A stretch of DNA of 41,799 bases, filler included, from Bipalium vagum (Eukaryota): NCBI GenBank assembly GCA_037834085.1. It is 2 parts of 2 records of this genome, joined end to end, with 100 filler letters (N's around TTAATTAATTAA, not from the genome) between each part and the next. Parts side by side here need not be neighbours in the genome. Positions count along the whole stretch, not along the records: positions 1 to 24,471 come from JBBMKC010200941.1; 1 more part is not named here. The stretch is one strand, 5' to 3'. The number at the start of each line of letters is the position of its first letter. Positions within the stretch are counted from its first letter, which is position 1. The translations under genes were made by a program, and so were the position numbers. A model generated the notes under the pieces. The model searched no databases. It worked only from the letters and a program-made list of their open reading frames with translations, and had not been told where the DNA came from. Positions 13,001-24,118 of this stretch are shown here, one piece after another.

Positions 13001-16000
13001 AGAACCTAACTATTGTTTATCTCAAATATCTTAATATTACCATTTTTTTGAGAAATATAAACCAAAGTAAAATATTTTTTAAATACTTAATAACACTCTT
13101 ATAATTTATGCAAAACTAAATGTTAGAAAACGTGTAATCTCAATCACCACGAAATTCCAATTACAAATTAAAATACCAAAAGTATGAATATTAAATTTGA
13201 CTGATAATTAATTATTCGAAATTCTCTTTATTCACTTTGTATTAAACTATTTCATAATTTTTAATATTCTTTAAACAAACCCATCCATTAGATATTTGGA
13301 GTCAGATAAGTAATGAAATTGGTTAATATTCAAAAGAATAACGAATAAATTTCGCTGGAAAAAGTTATTGTCATCTGAAATTTAATAAAGATATATTTCA
13401 AGACTGTTCAAGTTAAGAGCGATTTAGAGTAATTTGTGGGTAACTGTAAAGACCCGGACAAAAACTCAAACTGAAATTAATAAATATTTTGTGTTTAATA
13501 ATACTTACCCAGGGCGAATCTTGTAATTAAAAAATATGAAAAATCATATTTAAATAAAACACATGGCATAATTTTTTGATAACAAAAAATAGTTTCAAAT
13601 CAGTATTTTCAGTTATTCTATGTAATCTTTTAGATTATTGATTTTTTTTTTCATATAAAGAGAAATCGATTTTTTCTTCAGGAATTTTTATATTTTATTA
13701 TATTGTTATATTATTTTATTTATAATGAACTGCATAGAATGGATTTGTTGTACTACAATGAAATATTGAAAATTATTCAGTATTATTTGTTTTGCTGTGG
13801 TGAAGTTACATAAGCTTTTATGACTAACAAGTATACTTTGATTTTTGAAGAAATATTGGGATAATTGTCACACCAACTTATATTTGAAGTTAGATAGTCT
13901 GGGTAGATTAATTGGTCAGAATAATAAAACCAGCTCTTAGAACTGGAGATTTCGGACGTGGAGACATAATTTGGATGTTAAAATTTGTTGACGACATTAT
14001 TACGAATTGAAAAGTTATTTGTGATTTAAAAATTTGATATTATTGAGAAATATTATTTGAATTATAATTAAAAATGTAAATACTAATTGATTTGGAGAAC
14101 TTGAATAATAATTTAATTGATATCAGAGGAAACTAATTCTGGTTGATTTGATAATTTGGCAACATAAATAATAACTAATTTGAAATTTTGAGAATGTGAA
14201 TAATAATTAATAATAGGAAAACATGATTACTAATTGATTTGTATCAAAATTTTTGAAGTAATTGTTGATATTAAATAATGACAAGATACAAGGATTGTGT
14301 TCGGAGCCCTGTCATATTCTGATAGTTTGGTAAGTGCTCTTGCAGACTCAAACAATCTTCGTGGAACCCGAACCGAAGTAACGGTTTATTTATCTCATTT
14401 TATAAAAATAAATATCAAAGATTTCAATAAGTCCATTAATATTATTTTTAAACGCTTATTTATTTTGTTGACATTGGTTATTTTGAGAAATTTATGTAAC
14501 AATTGAAGACATTCTTGAGAGATTAGTTGTATACTTTCAGTAGTTAATTGATGGATGGCCAGACGTTTACAAAGATATTGATATTTTTGTGTAATTTTCG
14601 ACATTTATTGATTGATCATAGTTTTCGTATTTTTATTAAAAGTTTTAGACTTACGATTTTTTATTTGATTTCATAAATATTATTGTTTTACACAAATTCA
14701 GATATTAGATCATGGAGTCGGATAATCACTAGCTTGGTTAATATTAAAATATTAACAATTTATGTTCAACATAAACATAAAAATTTATTACTAATTTTAT
14801 TTTAATTAATGATCTTGATTATAGATACATGATTGGGAAAATTAATCTTTTTCAATTATGATAATTGGATAAACCATTGGAGAATTAAAACCGAGAATTG
14901 AAGCACCAAAATAAATGACCGGAAAACATTCTTACTACATTAAGATCAAATGATAAAATACTTTTTATAATTATCAATGATATTGATTAATTAGTGTAAT
15001 ATAATATTCAATATAAAACTGAAAATGGAAGTGTTGTACCTATGTCAAATTTAAAGACTCACGCTTCGAAAACATGTGTTTAACAAATCTCTCAAGGTCA
15101 ACAAAAAGAACTGCATTTCTTAAAAATCAAAAATTAAATAAAATAAAGTTTTAATATTTTAATAAGAAATGTTATAAGAAACAAAATGAATTTCAATAAT
15201 TATTACAAGTCCTACGAAAACCAGTTTATTTTTTCCTTAATAAGACATAAAAAAGGTTCCCAAAAATATTTTTACTCCTATTATATTAATGAATGTATAT
15301 TTTATCACACAAAGACAAGGTACTACAGTTATGTTATTTTCTTTTATTATATGGTTCTTTTTAAAGTTTCATTGGATGAACAAAATACAATTGCATTAAA
15401 TGAATTTCATTTCAACCTAAAAATTCTGAAGAAAATCTTTCGATCATAATGTAATATGGACACTTGTCTAATCCTCGGGCAAAATAAGTTCTAAGTAATT
15501 AGCAATAAATCAAAATGCCTCATCTCACTTCCTTCGCAAAAAACTTGAAAGATGCATAAGAGTTTGAAAAATCTATTTTTTGCTGATAAGATATTTTTCA
15601 AATTTATAACAATTTCAGTAATATTATTCTCTCCCCAAACTGACAACAAAGCACAACATACCAGAAAATGTTTTTAAATATTTTTTTTTATTTTTCTTCA
15701 GTTTTATGAAAAAATAACTTGAAATTTTTTCGATTAATTATCAACAAAATATATCACTACAGTATTGTTAAATTAAGGTAATTTTCAAAGGATATGTCAA
15801 AATGATTTCATAAAATATTATAATTTGCGCATTCCATATTTATTTTTTTGCTTATAACTGATTTAAGTGGTATTTATGTAGGAAACTTATGTCATAATTT
15901 GTGATGATAGGGTGGGTATTTGATAATTTTTATTGTACCAAAAAATCATTGTCATTATATGCTATTTACTAATATAACATCTTGATCTGAAAGGCCGAAA

Positions 16001-19000
16001 AATAAACTGGTGTATTTCTTAAGACCAATCCATAATAATAATATATTATAGTTATAACAATAAAAGAATTTATTAATAAATAATTAAATTTTTAAAAATT
16101 CCTAAAATTTTAGGTTACCTTTTTCAGCGACCTCCGTAAATTCTTTGACTTTCATTGATATTGGAGAACCAATTTGAACTTTAGACATAAGATAGCTAAA
16201 GAAAACGATCATGTAGACACATGTAACAATATTTCTTTTTCAGATCAGTATATTTAAATATTTGATACCAATAATTTTTTGTTCTGAATTATAATAGTGA
16301 AGTATCCTATGGTATTTATTTTAAATTGTGAGGCCCCATTATAAAATTTATTTAATGAATTATTGACTTAACTAATTAATTTAAAATTCTACAAAAATTC
16401 AATATTTTGAATATTATACAAAAATCATACTTACAGCTTAGATGTTTCTCGAAATATGATTAAAATAATTGGTTGGCTGGAATAAATGAAAAACCTTTGA
16501 TTGAATTATTTTGTCTCGTATGAAAATTTATATAACTAATTTGAGTTTTTGAAATTACTTAACTGTTTAGAAACCTTAAAATATTAGGTCGACACATAAG
16601 TAATGTCAATTTTTAATAATTAATATTCGATCAATAAGTAAATTGTTTAAATATATCAAATTAATATTTTTTGGGTGAATTTACGAAGTTTAATATTTTA
16701 TTGAATAATTTGATTATATGCATTAAATCTGTAGAAATGACAGAGGAAATACCAAATGAAAATCATATACACCATTGTATGCTATATGAATTTCAACATG
16801 ATAAAACGACCGAAGAGACTGCTAGGTCAATCAACAAAATCAAGAAAGAAATTAATAACATGAACAATACCAAAAAGTGTAATATACAGTGGATACAAAA
16901 GTATGTATATAGTAATAAAAAAGTGAAGACATGTACATATTTACTGCATTTTTTAAAAAAAAATAAATGTTGCATAAATATTTTCTTTCAATTAAAGCAT
17001 TAATTGTGGTTATTTGAACAAGTATATACTTTTAATCATTTCTTTTTATTCTTCCAGTTAATTTAGCAATTTAACCATGGCAGGTAATTTGACAGGCAAA
17101 CAGCGCAAATGGATATTGAAAGAATACTGGAAAACAGAAAATAGTGAACGTGTAAGAAAACAGTGTATCAAAACCTTTGCACGCAAACCCCGCATCGTTG
17201 AAGATATGATTCAGTTCATTTTGGAAGCTTGTCAAAAAATGATTGGTGATAAAAATCTTTGTTCTAAAGTGTGCATGAGTATTTGTTCATAATTAGAAGA
17301 GTGTATTAACGCTGACGACCGTCAATTTTAATACAGGCTTTTATTTCACGTGCTTCTAGTTATTTATTTGGGCGAAATTAGTTTGCATGTGTAATAAATC
17401 TAGTAAATATATACGTGTTTTCTTTTTATATCACAGTATATCTGCTTTTGCACCCTCCCCCCTGTATTCTGATTCGCATAATGGATATAGTCTCTGGAAA
17501 AGATTATGAACATTCAAAATTAATTCACAAATAAAACTATATTAATAATAATTTAGACACAAACCAAAAATAAAAAGTTCAAAAGAAACCCGTAAAAATT
17601 ATTAATGCGAATCAGAATTAAGAAATTATTTGATTTTTTGAGAATTTTAGATTATTCGAAATGAATAAAGATAAAGAAAAAATAGATTTACTTTCTAATA
17701 GTTGAAGTCATGTTTAAAGTAGATAGAATCTATATTCTCTCTGAAGAAACAGGTATTTTATTAATTTAAATAACATAAACTAATACTGAAATGATGCATT
17801 AATTAAATAATCTTTCAGTTATAAATGAAGCTGAAATTAAAATTTTTACCAGAAAAATTTTTTGAAGCCTTTCAATATATTCTCTATCCACCTGTTTAAG
17901 ATAAAATCTGTAAAAAATATAATTGAGTCAATGATACTTTTTATCGACATTTACTTTTAAAACTACAGTTGTGGTCAAAAGTCACCAGATAAACAATTTT
18001 TTAATCTTTTTTTGAGTTGATAATGTACTGTCAATGTTCAGGTTTGCAACGCTTGATTCTAATGTCAGCTTTCAACAGTTTGACATACCATTAAAAATGA
18101 TAAATGACATATGATAAAAATCATATGACCTTATGGTTGTTGTCGATAAATATATAGGTAAGTATAAGCATAGTTTGGTTAAGTTTTAGTTTTTTTCGTA
18201 GTTTCTATTGAAATGATGGCATAAGAAACAGGTAGCACCACACAAATGTGCAATTATTATACAGTACAGTGTGGATGGCAAATCAATTCTAGAATTATCA
18301 ACAAAACTAGGTTTGACTAAGTTTACTCTCTGTGATTGATTGAGAATCTCGCTACAAGGCTACAGGTAGTGGAGAATGCAAAAAACGCAAGGGTCAGTCG
18401 CGTGTTAGCAGTATTCTTCATGATATTCGTATGAGACGATACATTCTTACTCATCCATTTTCTACTGGTAATCAGGTGAAGATTGCAGAAATTAACCAGC
18501 AATTATTCGCACAATTCGTCGTAGTTTGGTGGATGAATTGAACCTCAAGTCTTACCCTGATGCACAGAAACCTTTACCAAAACCATTTTAGTTGAAGAAG
18601 AGACATTAACTCTGCAAAACCTTCGCTCAATAGTTGAGCAGCAGTGGAAGGAAGTATTGTATAGCGACTAGTATACGTTTCAACAATTTGGCCTTGGATA
18701 CCTTCGTGTACGCTTCTCAAATACAAGATTCAGTATTCCTATTCATTTCTTACAATGAAACACAGTCTTAAGGTCAGTTTTAGTGCGACTGGATGTGACA
18801 ACTTGGTATTTATACCAGCTGGAAAGACAGCTTAGATGTTTCTCGAAATATGATTAAAATAATTGGTTGGCTGGAATAAATGAAAAACCTTTGATCGAAT
18901 TATTTTGTCTCGTATGAAAAATTATATAACTATTTTGTGTTTTTGAAATTACTTAACTGTTTAGAAACCTTAGAATATTATTATATTAAAATATTATTAT

Positions 19001-21485
19001 CAAGCAAGATTGAATATTTTTTTTGTGATATTTTTCTTTGCTCCAAAAGGTTAATAGACTTGTTTTTTGATTAATAAAGTCAATTAAAAACTTTTAAGAT
19101 CAATAAAGTTAGATAATATAAGTTTGCTTAAATAATCATTTATATTTCAAAATAATATTTCAATTAGGTAAGAATTTTAATAAATTTTAATCAGTAAATT
19201 TGATATTTACTTATTAATATACCGAAAATTGCTAAGTCCACTAAATTTAAAGTACAACATAATGTTTAATTACAATAACCAAGTAGCATCCACAGACAAT
19301 GAAATTAAAGAACATAAAGATGATTGATTTTCAAACGATAAAATACTAGATCACATACATTATTGATCAATTTGAAAATACAAGATATTAATAGTGATGG
19401 AGAATTGACCATTTTTGCAATTTTTCACTGTTTCATTGTATAAATACGACCACCTGACTCCAAGATATGATAAATCAGGTAATATTCGAGCTGCTGTTTT
19501 TCGCGTTCTTCTAAGATTGTGTGGCAACTCAAGAAATATCGTAAGTGGAAAGTATTAGTGTAATTGATGTAAGCTGGTTTTATTGTCTGAAATGATTCAG
19601 ATAACATCACCTGAGATGAGTCAACAATGTTTGTAATTTCCAAAGTTACTATCAATAGAAACTTGCACAATCTTGAACTTTCAAGAAAACGACCAAAACA
19701 ATATAACTATAAATTGACAACACCTAAAGTCATTCAACAATTTTCCTTCTACTTACTGCTTCAATGAAAATTATATCGATATCTTTGAAGCTATAATAAT
19801 CATTTCTAAACTGTTTCTTCATCGCGTATGGGTGAACGTTAAATTTTTCGGAATTACCTGTTTATATCCTACAACACTTCATATAATTTTTTATTTAAAA
19901 AATTATTTAATAACTACTCACTAATTAAAAGTAATTAGACTATTTTAGCCAATATTTTTAATGAATTTATGTAGTCTACCAAAAATAAAGAAATAGTGTC
20001 GAGTGATAACAAACAATTACCTGTTTGGATTATAATGTGTCTATTATATTTTAAGATACTTTATCCAAAATTAATCAACAACAAATGAACGTCCACTGCA
20101 CGACTTTAACAATGGCCGAAATTCAGAAAATACATGGATTTCAACTACATCCTCAAAAACCATAGAGAAATTCTCCTTTCAGATAGCAGTTTTTTTCAAT
20201 TTAAATTCATTGCGATGATCGATCTATATCTAATTTATCATTCATGATGACATAAAGGAATTCAGATAAATTAGGAACCTTTTATAACTAAGAACAGAAA
20301 CAATTCGTTTGCCATAGCTAAAAAATTGATGAAGCAAGATTACCCAAGGATTATTATAATTATAAAATCGTATTTGCAATCCAAATTCCTTCAAAATTTT
20401 AACTGATTTTTGATTTTAATTTTATTAATAATTAATTAGAAATTTTGATCACAAAAACAATTCAAAGTGATAATTAGTTACAATTTTAATATTTCTTTTA
20501 CATTTTCTCGCATTACTCCTCAATTCCGAACCGTTCCGCAACATTTTAATCAAAATTTTCGATTTACAGAATCGGTTCGACAACACAACAAATTACCCGT
20601 CTGATCGGAAATATAAACGCCATATCGTTTCGTAATTTTCAGCGGAAAAGACCACGCGCTCGATTCCTTTAACGTCAACTTTCCGGTCTTGTATCGGCAA
20701 TTTAAAATTTCCCAATTCTTTCTGTTATTTCAAATTAAAAAGCTCTTTAAATACAGAAAAACAATTACATAAGATGCACACGACAAATCCCAATATTGGT
20801 TGAATGCAATGACAAAGAATTTGTTCGGCAAGCCGCGCACTGCAAATAACCGATGTAAGAGAACGGTAGCCGATTCGGAAACATATCCTTTCATTGCCGA
20901 TTTGGAAAATGATTTCTGTACATGTTTTATGACATCGTTTTCGTTTGAATTGATGTCGATGTCGTAACCTGTGCTTGTTTTCTGGATAATCACCCTTTTC
21001 GTTATCTTATAATCGGAAAACTAAGAATAGTTCAATATTTTGTGTTCGCAAATGGAAAATTCATAGTTACTTTTAAAATTTCGTCAAAAGTCTGATATAA
21101 TGTTTTCAGATTTTGACCGATGAAACCTACAATTTCTGTCTGACAAACAATTCCAGACATCACAATTTCATTTTTCAATTTGATTTCGATGCAGCCCGTC
21201 AGATCGTAGCATGATTTTTTTACAGTAACCTAAATGATCATTTAATGATTGTAAGGTAAAATTTCTTTTTTCACTTCAAACGTCCCAACTTCGGAAGATA
21301 AATCAGTAAAATTACATAAATTATCAGAATACATAAAATCATCAATATCGTCAATATCTAAATGAGAAATGTAATCGATATGTACATTGAGAAATAATTA
21401 AACCTATGTTGGCTAAGAAATTTAGAGCGGAATCTGACGATCTCATTTTGTTTATGTCACGAAATTTAACACTTGGCTTATGCAT
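3518..21485 (-). CDS. CATIP: Ciliogenesis-associated TTC17-interacting protein (CATIP/C2orf62), complete 8-exon gene, ~352 aa
   Basis: Exons (minus): 21485-21404, 21357-21275, 21229-21071, 21020-20769, 20721-20597, 4079-4021, 3917-3829, 3727-3518; all phases match, total 1059 nt. The protein MHKPSVKFRD...SALNFLANI...KGYVSESATVLLHRLFA...VKGIERVV...IWRLYFRSDG|CLGSQ...KPVFKMSDLIWEDDVQMISRFLDMK|EVNKSNSLRYLRDHMEIKMILRGFMQAVLIRKPKDPFEFASRYF matches recalled CATIP motifs (KGFVSE, GIER, WEED, C-terminal RIIa-like domain). Confidence 0.85.
4856..7330 (-). mobile_element. Decayed maT/DD37D-like (DUF4817 N-terminus) Tc1-mariner element, split by a nested Tc1
   Basis: Minus-strand remnants in order: MEQYPIERLITIIEFYYQ (~7223), MHPYKIKIVQIL (~6920), HFH..NRNTRFWS (~6790), QKDGTTDHTAR (~6610), IIFRNSDF (~6550), then after the Tc1, FLWGYLKDR (~5150). 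TA+CAGGATGACCCA terminus at 4856. The 5' boundary is approximate. Confidence 0.7.
5182..6503 (+). mobile_element. Decayed Tc1-like element (IR/DR type)
   Basis: TA-CTGATGGTCA...TGACCACCAG-TA termini; inner inverted motif TTTTTTGACACA (~5260) / TGTGTCAAAAAA (~6318). Frameshifted transposase from 5350 to ~6290 with WPAKSPDLNIVE. Confidence 0.85.
7528..9267 (-). mobile_element. Decayed pogo/Tigger-like element
   Basis: Minus-strand TIR TA-CAATAGAATCCGCTTAATGTGATCAC ends at 9267, with a partial partner TGTGATCAC at ~7528. Remnants: HTH 'KMSQRAAVIHLNASQPLL', 'LVIGKGKIPRCFK', 'YLPSNTKSLIQPYAQGII' (DDE_1). Confidence 0.85.
9462..9880 (-). mobile_element. hAT fragment (same TIR family as 1885-3103)
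   Basis: TAGGGCAACCA at 9462. Minus-strand 'CPATSDS...RRRR' loosely resembles the hAT dimerisation domain. The right boundary is approximate. Confidence 0.4.
10450..11310 (+). mobile_element. Decayed IS630/Tc1-like (DDE_3) transposase
   Basis: 'ILMDNA' (~11050) and 'FLSPYSPQLNPIEEFFS' (~11110-11160); heavily frameshifted; boundaries approximate. Confidence 0.7.
11440..12450 (+). mobile_element. Second decayed IS630/Tc1-like (DDE_3) transposase
   Basis: 'FMGETRLNL' (cf. FxDETGFNL; ORF 11817..12032), 'NVKFHH' (~12185) and 'FPPYSPKLNPV' (~12250); boundaries approximate. Confidence 0.7.
16433..16586 (+). repeat. 154-bp direct repeat, copy 1
   Basis: ACAGCTTAGATGTTTCTCGAAATATG...AACCTTAAAATATTA, near-identical to 18827-18980. 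Confidence 0.9.
16583..16880 (+). mobile_element. mariner (Mos1-like) 5' fragment
   Basis: TIR-like ATTAGGTCGACACATAAGT; 'MTEEIPNENHIHHCMLYEFQHDKTTEETARSI' is a mariner N-terminal HTH. Confidence 0.75.
16887..17464 (+). mobile_element. Internally deleted maT/DD37D-like element
   Basis: TA-CAGTGGATACAAAAG...CTTTTGCACCCTCCCCCTG-TA. ORF 17077..17292 joins a DUF4817-like N-terminus (QRKWILKEYWKTENSERVR) directly to C-terminal transposase residues. Confidence 0.7.
17966..18826 (+). mobile_element. 3'-truncated Tc1-like element
   Basis: TA-CAGTTGTGGTCAAAAGT TIR; remnants 'VLYSD*YTFQQF' and 'TMKHS'; ends abruptly at direct-repeat copy 2. Confidence 0.75.
18827..18980 (+). repeat. 154-bp direct repeat, copy 2
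   Basis: Matches 16433-16586 with only a few substitutions. Confidence 0.9.
20050..20260 (+). mobile_element. Small Tc1-like transposase remnant
   Basis: 'EILLSDSSFF.NLNS' resembles the IIFSDESKFNL first catalytic motif. Confidence 0.35.
20597..21485 (-). CDS. CATIP: CATIP exons 1-5 (N-terminal domain)
   Basis: Five exons separated by 46, 45, 50 and 47 nt GT-AG introns, with an open frame throughout. The listed ORF 20730..20993 is mostly exon 4. Confidence 0.85.
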
Positions 21486-21972
21486 TATTTAATCTTTAAT
21501 TAAAATTATGCAGTTTTCGAAGCCAGTGCAGTATATAAAATTGAATATACCTTAGATCGCTAAGTTATTAAAATTAGCTAAAATAATTTTTGAAGCGAAT
21601 AAACAAAGCGAAATAACAAATATAATATTCCAAATATAAATAAATAAATATTAATTATAATAACTAGTAGGTATTAATGTTTATTTTTATAAATTTGAAA
21701 CTAAATTACTTAATTTTTAAACTATTTACGATTTTTGTAAAAACTGTTTAGATATAATTATTTCTAAGTCTTAATACATGCTTAAATAAGTAAAAAATTT
21801 TAATATTCATAATGTTTTAAAATGTATTTCAAAAATAAAGTTAATATAATAAAAAAACTGAGTTTTTTTCAACTTTTAGACTTATTTAATCATAATCTTA
21901 TGTTTCAATTTTCTTTTTTAATTTAATGGAAACTCTAAATTTTAAGTGAATATCTTTGACACTTTCTTCTAT

Positions 21973-22479
21973 TCACTCGAGAGCCGCAGGTTCATGTATG
22001 CGGTTTGTGAAGACATTATTTGTTATTAATGTTTGGACAAAATTGGATTTAAATCGATTAAGATGGGGGATGACCGTCATAAGGATGTCCTTACCAATGT
22101 TTTTCATGAGGTGCACTGCTTGAAGGAAATGTTCTGTTATAAGACTACTTGGCTTGTATGTTGTAATATCTACAAAGATAGCTCTCTTTTGGTCACCAAC
22201 GCTCAATATCACTGAGTGATTTTCAGATATGAATGTGAGAGGTCTCTTTAAGTAACAACCAAATTTTAAGATAGGGGATAACATCGGATGAAAAACTTTG
22301 TGAGCATAAAACGTTCTTTCTCCAGTGAATTGGAATTTGAAGTCATTAGGAATCTCCGAAGTTTCCAAAATTCATTTAGATAAAGATAACAGGGGTGGTC
22401 TAGCCTCGTGGAATTTGATGCATTCCAGGTATGAAAATTTATTGAATTGTTGCACTCAAATTACTGCATCTGAGGACAT
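21973..22479 (-). pseudogene. Accessory ORF of unknown function (~168 codons, two in-frame TGA) downstream of gypsy pol
   Basis: The ATG at 22479 is in frame with ORF 21973..22368 through two TGA codons, and is preceded by a TATATAAAAA box (~22560). Confidence 0.45.
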
Positions 22480-22830
22480 ATTGGCTGGGAACAATGGAAT
22501 AGGATTGGAGAGTATTTTGCTGGAGCGAATAAAAGTTAGAGAGAGAACTGGTTTTTATATATAGATATGTGTTTATTCGCAATATGTTGCAGCAAGTAGA
22601 TTGAAAGTAGATCTCTGGTATAAGTCATTCATCTTATACATGACTAAATCATCATTAAGATAATTGTATTTAAAACATTTAATATAAATAGTTTAACTAA
22701 ATGTTTAAAGAAATTAAAAGAGAAATTCGATTTAAAAGAAATAAAAGATATTATGACAATGAGAAATGTCCATGACAATTTCCAGTAAAATTTTATCATT
22801 GTGATTATGCTGGATTTCTAAGCTTTGAAC

Positions 22831-23199
22831 TCAAACACAATGTTGATATCGTTGGATAGGAGTTTTTTTGTATTTAGCTAAGATTTTATTTTGACGAGGA
22901 ATGAGCATTTTATGTTCTGTTCGATTATGTGGGATGTAAATAGATAAGACTGTTCCGGTAGTGCGTACCAAAAAAAGTTGTCTTGTATATTGTTCAAATT
23001 CGATATTATATTTACCTTTTTTCAAAGATTCAATAATGATAGTGATAGAATGTAAATTAAAATCTCCACATAAATTACTATAAGTGTTTGGGTTATATAT
23101 ACTACGAAATATTCTTTCTAAGGGAGGATTAATATAATTAGCGACGTAATACTCATCGATTTCGGATATGTGTACATGGAATTTTGTAAGATTGACCAT
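22831..23199 (-). CDS. Hypothetical 122-aa ORF immediately 3' of gypsy integrase
   Basis: ATG-initiated open frame in very AT-rich DNA, on the same strand as pol; no recognisable family. Confidence 0.35.
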   Translation of the reverse strand: MVNLTKFHVHISEIDEYYVANYINPPLERIFRSIYNPNTYSNLCGDFNLHSITIIIESLKKGKYNIEFEQYTRQLFLVRTTGTVLSIYIPHNRTEHKMLIPRQNKILAKYKKTPIQRYQHCV

Positions 23200-23259
23200 G
23201 TGTGTGAGAGACTACATGTCTGTGTCTTGATTATAAAAAGGTAATGGAAAGAGTTTTAA

Positions 23260-24118
23260 TATTACTACACACGAACGTGGTCGCAATTTAAATAATCTAT
23301 TTGGGATTTTCTGGTTAGAGTGGTTATATCAATACCTATGAAAGGTCTTTTAAAATTAGATGTTTGACCCGTTTTATGCCGGAAATTTTTGCCATAACCT
23401 GGTTACCTATTTGTGGATTAGGCACTTTTGACATTTTGTAGTAAGCATCTTTCATAATTTCTTGGTTATTCTTAATGCTTAGAATAGCATTTGTCCATGC
23501 TTCCTGTATGCATTCTTTCATTACTGTCAGAAAGTCGACCTCATCCATATATGGACTAATTGGCTTTTGAAAAATTATATCTATGAGCATATTGGAGTTT
23601 CGTAAGTACATAAGGTAAAAATTCGTATAACCATTGCATAAATGAGTTGCGTTTCGATATGCAAATAAGCAATCATTTTGTTTCATGTTGGGATCATTAT
23701 TTATATTTTTAATATTTATATGCTTTAAGTTGTGTAAGAGAAAATTTTCAGGAGTCCGGGATAATGTGTCAGTGTTATTGTTGGCTTTGTCTTTACGATA
23801 AATAATTTTATAATTGTATTCTCACAACTTTAATGCCAACTAATGAGGCAAGAAGAAGTGTCTTGGTGTTTTCTAAATATGCTAGAGGATTATGGTCTGT
23901 GTAAACAATGAATTCTCAATCCTCTAAATGAGTTCGGAATTTCGTGACACCAAAAATTATTGTTAAACATTATAATTCGATATCTGCATAATATTTCTCA
24001 TGTGGCTTAAGGCCTCTGTTGGCGTATGCTATGGCGCAGTGACGGCCAGTGTCATTTTTGGTCCGAGAACTGTTCCGATGGCCAGTATATAAGATGATCG
24101 TTAGAAAACCGGGAAATT
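23260..24118 (-). mobile_element. Decayed Ty3/gypsy LTR retrotransposon pol fragment (RNase H + integrase C-terminus)
   Basis: Minus strand: 'AIGTVLG', 'AIAYANRGLKPHEKYYADIEL*CLTIIFGVTKFRTHL..EFIVYTDHNPLAYL', 'YKIIYRKDKANNNTDTLSR' (RNase H); 'LFAYRNATH..NGYTNFYLMY' (integrase, ORF 23336..23686); 'FKLRPR' pol tail. Most of the integrase core is deleted. Confidence 0.85.

Noticed and set aside
15186-15449. 87-aa ORF (similarly 4555..4743, 26315..26656, 30252..30458, 30604..30792, 40605..40808)
   Set aside because: F/Y/I/K/N-rich translations typical of random AT-rich DNA or TE termini; no motifs or splice support.
22765-22780. TGTCCATGACAA as an RFX X-box
   Set aside because: Only a partial match, and it lies inside the retroelement relic ~1.3 kb from the CATIP ATG.
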